A stretch of 55,923 nt of DNA from a virus (Duplodnaviria > Caudoviricetes), in the IMG/VR virus record IMGVR_UViG_3300035050_000030, positions 1 to 55,923 of that record; one strand, 5' to 3'. Each line of letters starts with the position of its first letter. The stretch's first letter is position 1. The position numbers and the translations under genes were made by a program. Of the stretch, positions 36,757-46,342 are shown one piece after another. The notes beneath the pieces were generated by a model. It was not told the DNA's origin and did not search any database. It worked only from the letters and a program-made list of their open reading frames with translations.

Positions 36757-36833
36757 TAGTTTCACAAGGGCGCACAGGGGCGCAACAGCGAATATTTAAC
36801 GATAAACAATACCACAAAAAGGAGGTGAACAAC

Positions 36834-37028
36834 ATGGAGCAAAAAGCAACGCTACTCAGCATCAGAGAGGCAGCGGAATACCTCGGAGTGTCAAAAAGCA
36901 CTTTGCGGATCAAACTCAACAACGGGCAATGGAAGATACCCAGCGTCGAGTTTGGCACTGACTCACTCCGCAGATTCGACGTTCGCGATCTGGACAGGTT
37001 TATCGATCGCTACAAGGTGAGCGCGTAA
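36834..37028 (+). CDS. Cro-position HTH_17/Xis-like DNA-binding protein
   Basis: LLSIREAAEYLGVSKSTL; AAGGAGGT RBS. Confidence 0.8.
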   Translation: MEQKATLLSIREAAEYLGVSKSTLRIKLNNGQWKIPSVEFGTDSLRRFDVRDLDRFIDRYKVSA

Positions 37029-37077
37029 GCAAACCTCAACGCAGAATCCGGCAGGCGCAAGGAAAGGAAAAATTAAA

Positions 37078-37815
37078 ATGACGGAAATAGTCAAAGCCAC
37101 ATTCGAGGATAAGGAATTTAGCTTTCGTGAAGATGGATGGTTTAACGCGACGGAAGCGGCAGCACGATTTGGTAAGCAGCCGACAGCATGGTTGCGCCAA
37201 CGCGAAACGGCAGAATACCTGCTCGCTTTAGCACAACAGTGCGGATTCAAAAGTGCTTCTGAGGATGAAATCAATAAAATCAGCAACTTGCGCCACGGTG
37301 GCGCTGCGTCACAGGCCGCAGTGCTGCGGTTCTCAAAGAAAACAGGCTTTGTAAAGACAAAACAGGGTAGTCCGGAACACGGTGGCGGCACCTGGATGCA
37401 CCCAAAGTTGGGGGTAGCTTTCGCCCGCTGGCTGGATGTTCGATTCTCAATCTGGTGCGACATGCAGATCGACAACATTCTTCGCGGGGAAATAGACACC
37501 CAGCGTCTGCGGCATGAAGCAGCGGCATCATTCAAGTTAATGCAGGGCATGCTTCACGATGTGCGTAGCGGGGACGGCAAAACTACAAAATCGTACCACT
37601 ACAGCAATGAAGCTCGCCTTATCAATTACGCACTCACTGGAGAGTTTAAGAGCGTGGATCGCGATAGCCTCCCGCCGCATGAGCTGGACAAGCTGGCACT
37701 GTTCGAGAAGAAAAACGCGATACTTATCGGACGTGGTGTTGAATACAAAGACCGCAAAAAGATGCTGGAACAGTACGCGCTCGACCTGGCAGCACAAAAG
37801 GGAATAGCCGCATGA
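37078..37815 (+). CDS. KilA-N domain antirepressor-like protein
   Basis: DGWFNATEAAARFGK, GGGTWMHPKL and FARWL motifs. Confidence 0.9.
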   Translation: MTEIVKATFEDKEFSFREDGWFNATEAAARFGKQPTAWLRQRETAEYLLALAQQCGFKSASEDEINKISNLRHGGAASQAAVLRFSKKTGFVKTKQGSPEHGGGTWMHPKLGVAFARWLDVRFSIWCDMQIDNILRGEIDTQRLRHEAAASFKLMQGMLHDVRSGDGKTTKSYHYSNEARLINYALTGEFKSVDRDSLPPHELDKLALFEKKNAILIGRGVEYKDRKKMLEQYALDLAAQKGIAA

Positions 37816-37988
37816 ACTACCTGAATCCAAAAGAGGTGCAACAAAAGTTCAGCGTATCGCGCCAAACCATCTGGACATGGCGCAAATACCACGGATTCCC
37901 CGAACCGCACAAGTTGGGCGGGGTGAGCCGTTGGTGTGAGCAGGAGGTTGAAGAATGGGCAGAAGAACAAAAGCGGCAAACCGCATAG
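37812..37988 (+). CDS. AlpA-family regulator (58 aa, below ORF-track cutoff)
   Basis: MNYLNPKEVQQKFSVSRQTIWTWRKYHGFPEPHKLGGVSRWCEQEVEEW. Confidence 0.8.
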   Translation: MNYLNPKEVQQKFSVSRQTIWTWRKYHGFPEPHKLGGVSRWCEQEVEEWAEEQKRQTA

Positions 37989-38094
37989 AGAACGCAATCT
38001 TAACTATCGTCGTGCTTTCCCTTTTGCTCGGGTGTTTTCATCTGACATTCAAAGAGGGTGGAGCATGGGATTACAACATGGAGCAGGTATTGAA

Positions 38095-38271
38095 ATGAAG
38101 GACGAAGAACTGAAGTGGTTTCTGGAAACGCTGAAGAAATCAAGACTGCAGATGCGTCAGGACTTACAACGCTACCGCGCCAAGGTTGACGAACTGGCAG
38201 AAACCGAAGTTGCGATTACGAAAAAAATCGAAAGCGTGGAAGCGTCATTAAAGGAAAGGGGTGCGGCATGA
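38095..38271 (+). CDS. Hypothetical coiled-coil protein
   Basis: Coupled to the next gene; start uncertain. Confidence 0.5.
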   Translation: MKDEELKWFLETLKKSRLQMRQDLQRYRAKVDELAETEVAITKKIESVEASLKERGAA

Positions 38272-38465
38272 ATTGGGACGCGTTCAGGATGGGGTTAGAC
38301 CGGAACGATATTGAAGAGCTGAGCGAATACATCAAGGAACTGCAGGGAGCCAGGGCGCACGTAACCCAGGCCATCGAACACCTGCAGGAAGAGGATGCAG
38401 AGATCGACATTGAAATACAGCGCACCTACCAGCGCATCAAGAAACTAAAGGAGGTGGCAGCATGA
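38268..38465 (+). CDS. Hypothetical coiled-coil protein
   Basis: ATGA overlaps at both ends. Confidence 0.6.
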   Translation: MNWDAFRMGLDRNDIEELSEYIKELQGARAHVTQAIEHLQEEDAEIDIEIQRTYQRIKKLKEVAA

Positions 38466-38625
38466 GAGAAAGCCATGACGATTGGGATGTTTGCCAAGCA
38501 TGTGGCGAACTAGTAGAGGCCGGAGATCCGGGATGTAGATGCGACATGCTCCGGGATTATGAAGAAGAAAAGGGGGACTTCCTTTTTCACAGTAAACGAG
38601 ACCGCGAGGCGGAAGAGAGGACGAT

Positions 38626-39390
38626 ATGAGCGAAACAGCCACTACATACGAACTGGAAGATGCCCGAAAGGAAAGGGTGGTGCAACCAATCACGCCAATG
38701 ACCCTGTTGCAATCCGCCCAAAACACCAACGCAAGCATCGAGCAGATGCAGCAACTTATGGAGCTGCAGATCCGCTGGGAGCAAAACGAGGCACGTAAAG
38801 CATACAACGAAGCGATAGCCGCGTTCAAGTCTGAAAACGTGCATATCTATAAGGATAGCGTTGTAGATTTCACATCCTCCAAGGGGCGCACCAACTACGC
38901 ACACGCGAACTTGGCAAGCATCGTTTCGGCGGTAACACCTCTTTTGTCCAAATACGGTCTGTCTCACAGCTGGGAAACCCAGCAGGACGGAAACACCGTG
39001 CAGGTGTCGTGCAAAATAGCGCACCGCCTCGGACATTCTGAAAAAATCTCCCTGTACGCAGCACCGGATAACAGCGGCAACAAAAACAGCATCCAGGCCA
39101 TCGGATCTACCGTTACCTACCTGCAGCGGTACACCTTGGTATCCGCGCTCGGCTTGGCAGCACACGAGCAAGACGACGATGGCCGGATGGGGCAGCAATC
39201 ACCCACCAATAGCGCGCCCGCCAATGATGGCACCTTGCCTGACGAGCGATTTAAGCAACTCAGGCCCGCATGGGAAAGACTCATAAGGTCCGGGGATAAA
39301 TCCGTGCAGGACATTATCAACGCTGCGAAGGGTAAGGGCATTGTTATGACGAATGAACAGGTACAACAACTTGAAAGGATTAAGCGATGA
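38626..39390 (+). CDS. ERF-family single-strand annealing protein
   Basis: YAHANL and IQAIGSTVTYLQRYTLVSALGL...DDDG motifs. Confidence 0.9.
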   Translation: MSETATTYELEDARKERVVQPITPMTLLQSAQNTNASIEQMQQLMELQIRWEQNEARKAYNEAIAAFKSENVHIYKDSVVDFTSSKGRTNYAHANLASIVSAVTPLLSKYGLSHSWETQQDGNTVQVSCKIAHRLGHSEKISLYAAPDNSGNKNSIQAIGSTVTYLQRYTLVSALGLAAHEQDDDGRMGQQSPTNSAPANDGTLPDERFKQLRPAWERLIRSGDKSVQDIINAAKGKGIVMTNEQVQQLERIKR

Positions 39391-41048
39391 AAAACATGCG
39401 TATAGAGAATTGCATACAGGGATCACAAGAATGGCACGCACTGCGCGCTAACCATTTCACCGCGTCCGATGCGGCCGCAATGATGGGGGAGAGTAAATAC
39501 AAAAGCCGGAATCAACTCCTGGAAGAGAAGGCTACCGGCAAAACCCCCGAAGTATCCGAAGCAAAGCAGAGGATATTTGACCAGGGGCATGAGGCGGAAG
39601 CTGCAGCACGCGACATCCTGGAGATGGAGACGCTTGAAAGTTACCCACCGCTCGTGGCCACTCGCGAGATTGAAGGTCTGCCACTGTTGGCTTCGTTCGA
39701 CGGTTGCAGCCTGGGAAGCCGCGGACTGTGGGAGCACAAACTATGGAATGAAACCCTGGCGGAGAATGTGCGCAACAAAACCCTTGAACCTGCTTATTAC
39801 TGGCAACTGGAACACCAACTCTTAGTTGCCGGGGATGAAGCGCAGCACGTGATTTTCACCGTCTCAGACGGAACCATGGAAAAGCGCGAAACCATGGTTT
39901 ATGAATCTGTGCCTGAACGGCGCAAAAAGCTTATTGCAGGGTGGAAACAGTTTGCAGAGGATTTGAAAAACTACAAGCCCAAAGCCAAGCCGGAGCAGGT
40001 TGAGGGCGCGGACGCTGACGGTTTCCCCCTGGTGGAATACGAAGTACACGGCACCGCCATTTATTCCAACCTGCGCGATATTCTCCCGATTGTGAAGGAA
40101 CGCGCAGAGGAAGAAATGGCCCGTCCGCTGGAAACGGATCAGGACTTTGCGGATAAGGAAAAGCAGGTAAAGGCGGTCAAGGCAGCGCGTAAGCACCTGA
40201 AGGAAACAACGGAAGATGTAAAGGGTGAGTTTGTGTCCTTCGCTGAGTTTTCTTCCTTGGCGGCGGAAATGGACAGTGTGCTGCAGAAGCTTCAGAGCCA
40301 CGGCGAGAAGGCCGTTAAAGATGCCAAGGCGCAGAAAAAGCGCGAGATTGAGCAGAGTGCAGACGAGGCCCTGCGCGAGCATATCGCAAGCGTGAACGAA
40401 AAGATTGCCCCCCTGCACATTGAAAACATCATCGACATTATCCCGGATTGGGGCACAGCGATGAAAAACAAGCGCACCCTTGAATCCCTGCAGAACGCGG
40501 TAGACGAAGAGTTGAGCCGGGTGCAGGTGGGGATTAAGCAAACATTCAAACTCGTTTGGGAAAACCTCGAATACTTCAACAGCCAGAAGGACTACCACTT
40601 TCTGTTCAACGACCTGGAGCGGATCGTCAACCAGCAGTCCGAAGGCTTTAAGGCCCTGGTGCAGCAGCGTATCGCGGACTACGAAGCGGAGCAGAAGGAA
40701 AAGCGCGAACGTGAGGAGAGGGAGCGCAAGGAGCGCGAAGCGGCAGAGGTAAAGCGCAGGGAAGAGGCTGAAGCGCGGCGCAAGGAACGGGAAGAAGCGG
40801 ATGCCAAGTGCAGGGAAGAAGATCGTGCGCAGGAGGTTAAGACCGAACCGGAGGAGGCCCATGAAGCATCGGCAACGAATGCACAAACGCCTGCTGAAGT
40901 GCCAATACCTGAGAAGGTTTCTACGGGCGAAGCGTACACGCTCATTGATGAAATAGAGGCATGGGCGCAGCGACACCAGTTGGAACCATCGTCCTTGCGG
41001 GAGCTGTTCCAGATTATCCGCAGGCATTATGCGAAGGAGGCAGCTTAA
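39387..41048 (+). CDS. YqaJ/lambda-exonuclease-family protein with coiled-coil tail
   Basis: QGSQEWHALR, TASDAAAMMG, LASFDG, WEHK and YYWQLEHQL motifs. Confidence 0.9.
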   Translation: MKNMRIENCIQGSQEWHALRANHFTASDAAAMMGESKYKSRNQLLEEKATGKTPEVSEAKQRIFDQGHEAEAAARDILEMETLESYPPLVATREIEGLPLLASFDGCSLGSRGLWEHKLWNETLAENVRNKTLEPAYYWQLEHQLLVAGDEAQHVIFTVSDGTMEKRETMVYESVPERRKKLIAGWKQFAEDLKNYKPKAKPEQVEGADADGFPLVEYEVHGTAIYSNLRDILPIVKERAEEEMARPLETDQDFADKEKQVKAVKAARKHLKETTEDVKGEFVSFAEFSSLAAEMDSVLQKLQSHGEKAVKDAKAQKKREIEQSADEALREHIASVNEKIAPLHIENIIDIIPDWGTAMKNKRTLESLQNAVDEELSRVQVGIKQTFKLVWENLEYFNSQKDYHFLFNDLERIVNQQSEGFKALVQQRIADYEAEQKEKREREERERKEREAAEVKRREEAEARRKEREEADAKCREEDRAQEVKTEPEEAHEASATNAQTPAEVPIPEKVSTGEAYTLIDEIEAWAQRHQLEPSSLRELFQIIRRHYAKEAA

Positions 41049-41509
41049 TGGAAAAACGCTGCACGAAATGCGGGGAGGCTAGGCCGCTGGAGGAGTTTTG
41101 TGTCGATAAAACAATAAAGAGCGGACGCTCCTCTCGGTGTAAAGAGTGTCGCAGGGAATATCTCCGGGAATGGAGGGAGAAAAATCGCGGTAAATTGTTA
41201 GAACGTTCGCGCCAATGGGTAGCGGAAAACCCTGAAAAAAGGCGGGAGACCGTCCGAAAATCGGACGCGAAAAACGCTAAAAAAAGGCGGGAAAAGGCCC
41301 GCGAAAGGTATGCGGAAAACCGGGAAAGACTGAACTTGGACACTTTGAAGAGAGGAGCCAGGAACCGTAAAAACCTATCTGACGTATATGTGCGCCAAGT
41401 AATGACAAGAAGGTCCCCACTGCTACATGCAGATATCCCCCAGGAACTTGTGGAAGCTAAACGGGTTGAACTTAAAATCAAACGCTATCTAAGGGAGCAA
41501 AGCAAATGA
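41048..41509 (+). CDS. Zinc-finger basic protein (HNH-associated N-domain type)
   Basis: KRCTKCGE...SRCKEC. Confidence 0.65.
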   Translation: MEKRCTKCGEARPLEEFCVDKTIKSGRSSRCKECRREYLREWREKNRGKLLERSRQWVAENPEKRRETVRKSDAKNAKKRREKARERYAENRERLNLDTLKRGARNRKNLSDVYVRQVMTRRSPLLHADIPQELVEAKRVELKIKRYLREQSK

Positions 41510-41751
41510 CCACAATTACAGACATTCGCAACGACCTTATCAACGTATTTGAAGGACTCCAGAACGGCACTGTGGAGCGTAAAGACGCTGTAGAAATCAA
41601 CAACACCGCAGGGAAGATAATTTCTTCTGCCAAGACCCAGCTTGCGTATGCGGCATTGCGTCAGGAAAAGCCGGACATTCCTTTTCTTGACACTTCCACC
41701 AAGGAACAGATCGAGCACGAGGAGCCCCATAAGATCGAGGGGGCCGCATGA
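41506..41751 (+). CDS. Hypothetical phage protein
   Basis: Coupled ORF; INNTAGKIISS. Confidence 0.6.
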   Translation: MTTITDIRNDLINVFEGLQNGTVERKDAVEINNTAGKIISSAKTQLAYAALRQEKPDIPFLDTSTKEQIEHEEPHKIEGAA

Positions 41752-42056
41752 GCTACTACAACACCACCAACCTGAAAGGAGCGGAACTGAAAGCCGCCCA
41801 GGATAAAGCCCGCACCCAGGAGCAGGACGTTTACGAAATCCTGTACCTGGCGAACCGGCCCCTGGGTGCGAGTGAGGTAATGGAACGGCTGAACCACTTT
41901 AACAAACGCCCGCCCATAACATCGGTAAGGCGGGCAATATCGAACTTGAAGAAAAGCGGATTAGTAGAGCGGGCTGAGCGTCAAATTATCGGCCCGTATG
42001 GCAGGCGCGAATACGCGTGGACACTCAAACGTAAGGAGCCCATGGGATGGCAGTGA
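41748..42056 (+). CDS. Winged-helix DNA-binding protein
   Basis: PITSVRRAISNLKKSG...GPYGRREYAW. Confidence 0.65.
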   Translation: MSYYNTTNLKGAELKAAQDKARTQEQDVYEILYLANRPLGASEVMERLNHFNKRPPITSVRRAISNLKKSGLVERAERQIIGPYGRREYAWTLKRKEPMGWQ

Positions 42057-42685
42057 GGCAAGAACAAGGAGGAGTGGTCTGCAAGGGGCGTCGCTGGACA
42101 GAAGCGGAAGTGGAATTGCTTAGGCAAGGTTTCGGCGCCGGCATCCCTGATGATGAAATGGCGGTTCTTTTAAGGCGGACGCATGTTGCCATAAAGCAAA
42201 AGCGCAAGAGAATGAAGATTACTGGCGACCCCAATCAAAGGCGGCTGTCTGATAAGGCAAGAACTGGAATGGCTAGGAAAAAGAGGGGGCCAGAAAGCCA
42301 CTCATGGAAAGGCGGCAGGCGCATAACTTCAGGCGGATATGTCGAAATACACATGCCAAGCCATCATCGTGCAAGAAAAAATGGATACGTTTTCGAGCAT
42401 ATAGTTGTCGCTGAGAAAAAAGAGGGGAGAAGGATGTCACGCGATGAATGTGTCCATCATGCCGATGGGAACAAAGAAAATAATTCCCCTGAAAATATCA
42501 TAGTAATTAAAAGGTCGGCCCATTCGGGACAACACGCAAGGCTTAGAAGCAGGAAGGTCGAAATGATTTGCAGCGTATGCCACGCCCCGTTTTACGTAAA
42601 GCCATCCCATCGGGAAAAAAGGAAAACATGCAGTAAATCATGCGCGGCACAAATAACTTTATGGAGAGGAAACCAATGTCAGTAA
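42047..42685 (+). CDS. HNH endonuclease
   Basis: WKGGR, YVFEHIVVAE, VHHADGNKENNSPENI; C-terminal Zn finger. Confidence 0.85.
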   Translation: MAVRQEQGGVVCKGRRWTEAEVELLRQGFGAGIPDDEMAVLLRRTHVAIKQKRKRMKITGDPNQRRLSDKARTGMARKKRGPESHSWKGGRRITSGGYVEIHMPSHHRARKNGYVFEHIVVAEKKEGRRMSRDECVHHADGNKENNSPENIIVIKRSAHSGQHARLRSRKVEMICSVCHAPFYVKPSHREKRKTCSKSCAAQITLWRGNQCQ

Positions 42686-43245
42686 ATAAGTGGATAGGTA
42701 TCGGCAATCTTACTCGTGATCCGGAAAGCAGATTTACACCTTCCGGCACTGAAGTTTGTAACTTTAGCATTGCCTGCAATGACAGGTTTAAGGACCGTGA
42801 AGGCAATAAGCAGGAGAGTGTCGAATATGTAAACATTGTCGCATGGCGTCAACTTGCTGAAATCTGCGGTAAATATTTGCAGAAGGGCAAGCAGATTTAT
42901 GTTGAGGGGAAGCTCAAAACGAGAAAGTGGCAGGACAGAAACGGTGTCGACCGTTACACCCCCGAAATTGTAATTGACACTATGCAAATGCTCGGCAGTG
43001 CATCCGATAGCCAGCAGAACACCGGTGCCGGACAAAATGCCGGACAATCCCAGCAGCAGAATAACGCCCAAGCCCCCGGAAACACTGGCGGTTACGCTGG
43101 ACAAAATCAAGGACAACCCCAGCCACAAAACGGCCCCTCTGGATACAGCCAGCAAAGCGGCCCATCCGGATACGGCCAGCCGCAGAATAACGGACAGCCT
43201 GGAGGGGTGCCGGGGTTTAACCCTGATGATTCTATCCCCTTCTAG
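42676..43245 (+). CDS. ssb: Single-stranded DNA-binding protein
   Basis: VNKWIGIGNLTRDPE, YVEGKLKTRKW and acidic tip DDSIPF. Confidence 0.95.
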   Translation: MSVNKWIGIGNLTRDPESRFTPSGTEVCNFSIACNDRFKDREGNKQESVEYVNIVAWRQLAEICGKYLQKGKQIYVEGKLKTRKWQDRNGVDRYTPEIVIDTMQMLGSASDSQQNTGAGQNAGQSQQQNNAQAPGNTGGYAGQNQGQPQPQNGPSGYSQQSGPSGYGQPQNNGQPGGVPGFNPDDSIPF

Positions 43246-43252
43246 ATACCAC

Positions 43253-43288
43253 GGGGGCGACAGTACGCCAGAGTCGTCCCCCCTTTTT
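43253..43288 (+). terminator. Intrinsic terminator after ssb
   Basis: GGGGGCGAC...GTCGTCCCC followed by TTTTT. Confidence 0.65.
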
Positions 43289-43331
43289 GGACAAAATGAG
43301 CTATCATTATAAATGGAACGGAGGTAATAAA

Positions 43332-43850
43332 ATGCCAATACAACAGTTAGACTCACCGCAAGTTTGCTTAATATTCGCAAGCACAATCCTCGGCTTGCTC
43401 GACACTGTAAAAAACCGCCGCGCAGATGTATTGGGCGGCTGGGACAAGGTCACCGTAGGACAGGGGGTGCTGAAGAAAACCGATCCCGCGATTGAGCATA
43501 TCCGCGAGATGGAGGATCGCTTTTTTGCCGTGACCGCAGACCTTGCCAAACTGTGCGGCAAGATGAGTGTGGAAGTGCTGCGCAAGAACGGCAAGAAGCC
43601 CGTCACCCTGATAAACGCAGAATCCCGCGATTACATCTATGAAATATCCGGCGCTGTGATTGACGAATTACAGCACTTTGTTGATACAGCCGCAAACGGA
43701 CGCGAACCGGGGCTGACCTACCTTGAAGGATACAACGACGCCCTGGACGAAGTGGAACACTTGATGTTCCGGCACAACGTATCCCGCCAGAAAGCCGTGG
43801 ACACCCTACGTGAAGCGCATAAGTCACGCGCATTGAAGGAGGCAGCATGA
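43332..43850 (+). CDS. Hypothetical protein
   Basis: GGAGG RBS before ATG 43332. Confidence 0.6.
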   Translation: MPIQQLDSPQVCLIFASTILGLLDTVKNRRADVLGGWDKVTVGQGVLKKTDPAIEHIREMEDRFFAVTADLAKLCGKMSVEVLRKNGKKPVTLINAESRDYIYEISGAVIDELQHFVDTAANGREPGLTYLEGYNDALDEVEHLMFRHNVSRQKAVDTLREAHKSRALKEAA

Positions 43851-44146
43851 GCGACATGGCAAGCGGGATGGAAAGCAAACGGCAGGAAGCAATGTTGTTG
43901 TGCCGCCGCGCGACTGCCCTTGGACGCCAGGAGGGTGGAAGCCATTACAAAAATATGGAGATTGAGCCTTTATCCTTCTGCGCTGCGAATATGACGCCAG
44001 AGCAGATCAAGGCGGTAGTACAGCAGAACACCTTGAAATACATCTGGCGCGACAAGGACGACTATATCACTGACCTCAAGAAAGCCAGACATTACATAGA
44101 TTGGGCGATTGAAACCCTTGAAGGGAGGATAGAAAGTGAAGATTGA
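43847..44146 (+). CDS. DUF3310-family protein
   Basis: QEGGSHYK, NTLKYIWR and DLKKARHYID motifs. Confidence 0.85.
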   Translation: MSDMASGMESKRQEAMLLCRRATALGRQEGGSHYKNMEIEPLSFCAANMTPEQIKAVVQQNTLKYIWRDKDDYITDLKKARHYIDWAIETLEGRIESED

Positions 44147-44480
44147 AGAATACCAGACACTGGCAAACAAGACCGCATCCTACCCTGGACGTTTAGGGCT
44201 GAAAGATAACGACATGCGCGGACTGTTTTACACATCCCTCGGCCTTGCTGGAGAAGCCGGAGAATACACGGATAAAATCAAAAAGGTATTGCGTGACGAC
44301 AACGGGGAAATCCGCAAGCGTGACGACCTGCTTTTGGAACTCGGTGACGCCCTTTGGTACATCGCGCAGAACGCCCAGGAGCTAGGCTCGACACTGGAGG
44401 AAGTAGCGCAGATGAATATTGCGAAGCTGAACAGCCGTCAGCTACGCGGAACTATCGGCGGCAGTGGCGACAACCGATAG
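44136..44480 (+). CDS. MazG-like nucleotide pyrophosphohydrolase
   Basis: LGLAGEAGE, ELGDALWY and GSGDNR motifs. Confidence 0.9.
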   Translation: MKIEEYQTLANKTASYPGRLGLKDNDMRGLFYTSLGLAGEAGEYTDKIKKVLRDDNGEIRKRDDLLLELGDALWYIAQNAQELGSTLEEVAQMNIAKLNSRQLRGTIGGSGDNR

Positions 44481-44490
44481 TGGGGGGGTT

Positions 44491-45267
44491 ATGGGAAAGA
44501 ATGTCATAACACACATAGCTGCAGAACTCGTGGAGCAGGGGGAGATCACACGCGAGCGCATAGCGGAAATTGCCGGAGAAAATAGAAACCCGGCACAGGT
44601 TATCTGGCAGCTTCGACAAGACGGATATGTAATCGACGCCGACCGTGCATACAAAGCCCGAAAGTGGATGTATCGCGGTGCATACGAAGGCGGGCACAAG
44701 ATAGTGGATCGCGTAATCGAAGCACTCAATATCAACGGAGAGGTTACGCGAAAAGAGTTGGAAACCATGTCGTCCACGGAAAGCCCGTCGGAGATTATCA
44801 GGCGGGTGCGACGGCTGAGGGGTATCGGAGTAAAGGTAGTGAGGAACATCCCCGGCACCAGACGCGCAGAAGCGTGGGCGCTGGAAGATAAAAGCGCCGG
44901 GATGGATGCTCACTTACGCAACCGTCAGCGCGGCAGTCTGGAGGGGCCGGAGCTGGAAACGGTGAAAGTCAAGTGTATGCGGTGCGGCGCAGACGTAAAT
45001 GTCGATGTCTGGCCGGGAGATAGCGCACCAGGGCATAAGCTGTGCTGCCGGTGCAATGCCGGAAGCCACGAGGAGGCGATTGATTACAAAGGCAAGGGCC
45101 ACCGGGGGAAGTCTGTAATTGAAAAGCCCGTACATGAGCCCTGCCGTGTCTTTCGCCCCGGAGATCGTGGATTCAAGGAGCGCGCCACCGCGTGTACACC
45201 CCCGCGAGAGATCAAAGACAGGCTATCAGACAAGATGGCAAACGTAAGTTTGAACATAAAGTTTTAG
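44491..45267 (+). CDS. Tandem winged-helix plus zinc-finger protein
   Basis: Two similar units (QGEITRERI / NGEVTRKEL); CMRCG...CCRC. Confidence 0.55.
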   Translation: MGKNVITHIAAELVEQGEITRERIAEIAGENRNPAQVIWQLRQDGYVIDADRAYKARKWMYRGAYEGGHKIVDRVIEALNINGEVTRKELETMSSTESPSEIIRRVRRLRGIGVKVVRNIPGTRRAEAWALEDKSAGMDAHLRNRQRGSLEGPELETVKVKCMRCGADVNVDVWPGDSAPGHKLCCRCNAGSHEEAIDYKGKGHRGKSVIEKPVHEPCRVFRPGDRGFKERATACTPPREIKDRLSDKMANVSLNIKF

Positions 45268-45277
45268 GAGGTAAGTC

Positions 45278-45796
45278 TTGAGAATTACTGTGCTTAAAGA
45301 GGCTGGACTGGAAGAGGCATTGCTAGGCCTGAGTCTGAATAAAAATCAACCGCTTGATAACATGCTACCGCTTTTAAGCAAGCTCGCAACAAAAGATTTT
45401 GGTCACAATAAGGCGATGGAAAGCATAGCAGTTTGGCTGGACATAACCGCGCCCCGGTATTTTTGGCAGCAGTTCGACACCTATCGGATCGGGGTTTCAA
45501 AGCAAAGTCAGAGCACGATGCACACGGGCATGAAACGCGAACTTACCCAGGCAGACTTTTCCATGCCGATACCTGACGCACTACTTGATGATCTGAATTT
45601 CTGCATCCGGGAACATGATTTTGACCGTTACAAAGCCCTGTTGCCTGAAAGTTTTTTGCAGCGCCGGGTGGTAAGCACCAACTACAAGGCGCTGCGGAAC
45701 ATGTACCAGCAGCGCAGAACCCATAGGCTCCAGGAATGGAAGGAGCTTTGCGATCATCTGTATGTAAACCTGCAGTACGGGGAGTGGTTGGTATGA
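45278..45796 (+). CDS. Divergent ThyX-fold protein
   Basis: GHNKAME, APRYFWQQFDTYR, SQSTMH, LPESFLQ, NYKALRN...R. Confidence 0.75.
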   Translation: MRITVLKEAGLEEALLGLSLNKNQPLDNMLPLLSKLATKDFGHNKAMESIAVWLDITAPRYFWQQFDTYRIGVSKQSQSTMHTGMKRELTQADFSMPIPDALLDDLNFCIREHDFDRYKALLPESFLQRRVVSTNYKALRNMYQQRRTHRLQEWKELCDHLYVNLQYGEWLV

Positions 45797-45987
45797 CTAT
45801 AACCCTGGACGTGCGCGACGTATCAAACGGCGGCCCGAATTGGGTGAAGGATCAGATGCTTAAATCTGGAACGAAACCCTACCCTTACACATGGCGGGGC
45901 AAGGGCACAAGCATAGAGATAACGGGAGAACCCATTGAAAACGAAGATAATAATCAGAAGCGACAAACAGCGCCAGCGTGCGCATGA
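45793..45987 (+). CDS. Hypothetical protein
   Basis: ATGA overlap with the upstream gene. Confidence 0.45.
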   Translation: MTITLDVRDVSNGGPNWVKDQMLKSGTKPYPYTWRGKGTSIEITGEPIENEDNNQKRQTAPACA

Positions 45988-46342
45988 GCTTGTAGACGAA
46001 GTGCCGGAAGGGTACGAGGTGCTATTCCAGAAGCACAAAGACAAGAAAACCCTGGAACAGTTGGCTTACACCTTCGGGGTTATCTACCCGGCCATGATCC
46101 GCAAGCTCGAAGAAAGCGGAACCGGCGACACATTCACCGTAGAAGAGATGCACGACTACATGAAGCGCAAGATAATCGGCCCGGTACATAAAGAAATTTG
46201 CGGAGAGGTAAAAGAATTTACCCCGGAACTGAAGAAATCAGACCGCAAGGCGTGGAGCGAATACATAGACAGCTTGATTCGCTTTTGCTGGAACCGCCTT
46301 GAGATTGCGATACCTGCACCGGAATGGAGGGAAGATGGTTAA
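45935..46342 (+). CDS. NinB/Orf-like recombination protein
   Basis: KKTLEQLAY, EEMHDYMK and WSEYIDSLIRF patterns. Confidence 0.55.
   Translation: MKTKIIIRSDKQRQRAHELVDEVPEGYEVLFQKHKDKKTLEQLAYTFGVIYPAMIRKLEESGTGDTFTVEEMHDYMKRKIIGPVHKEICGEVKEFTPELKKSDRKAWSEYIDSLIRFCWNRLEIAIPAPEWREDG

Noticed and set aside
39864-41027. 387-aa minus-strand ORF
   Set aside because: Antisense shadow of the E/K/R-rich YqaJ gene
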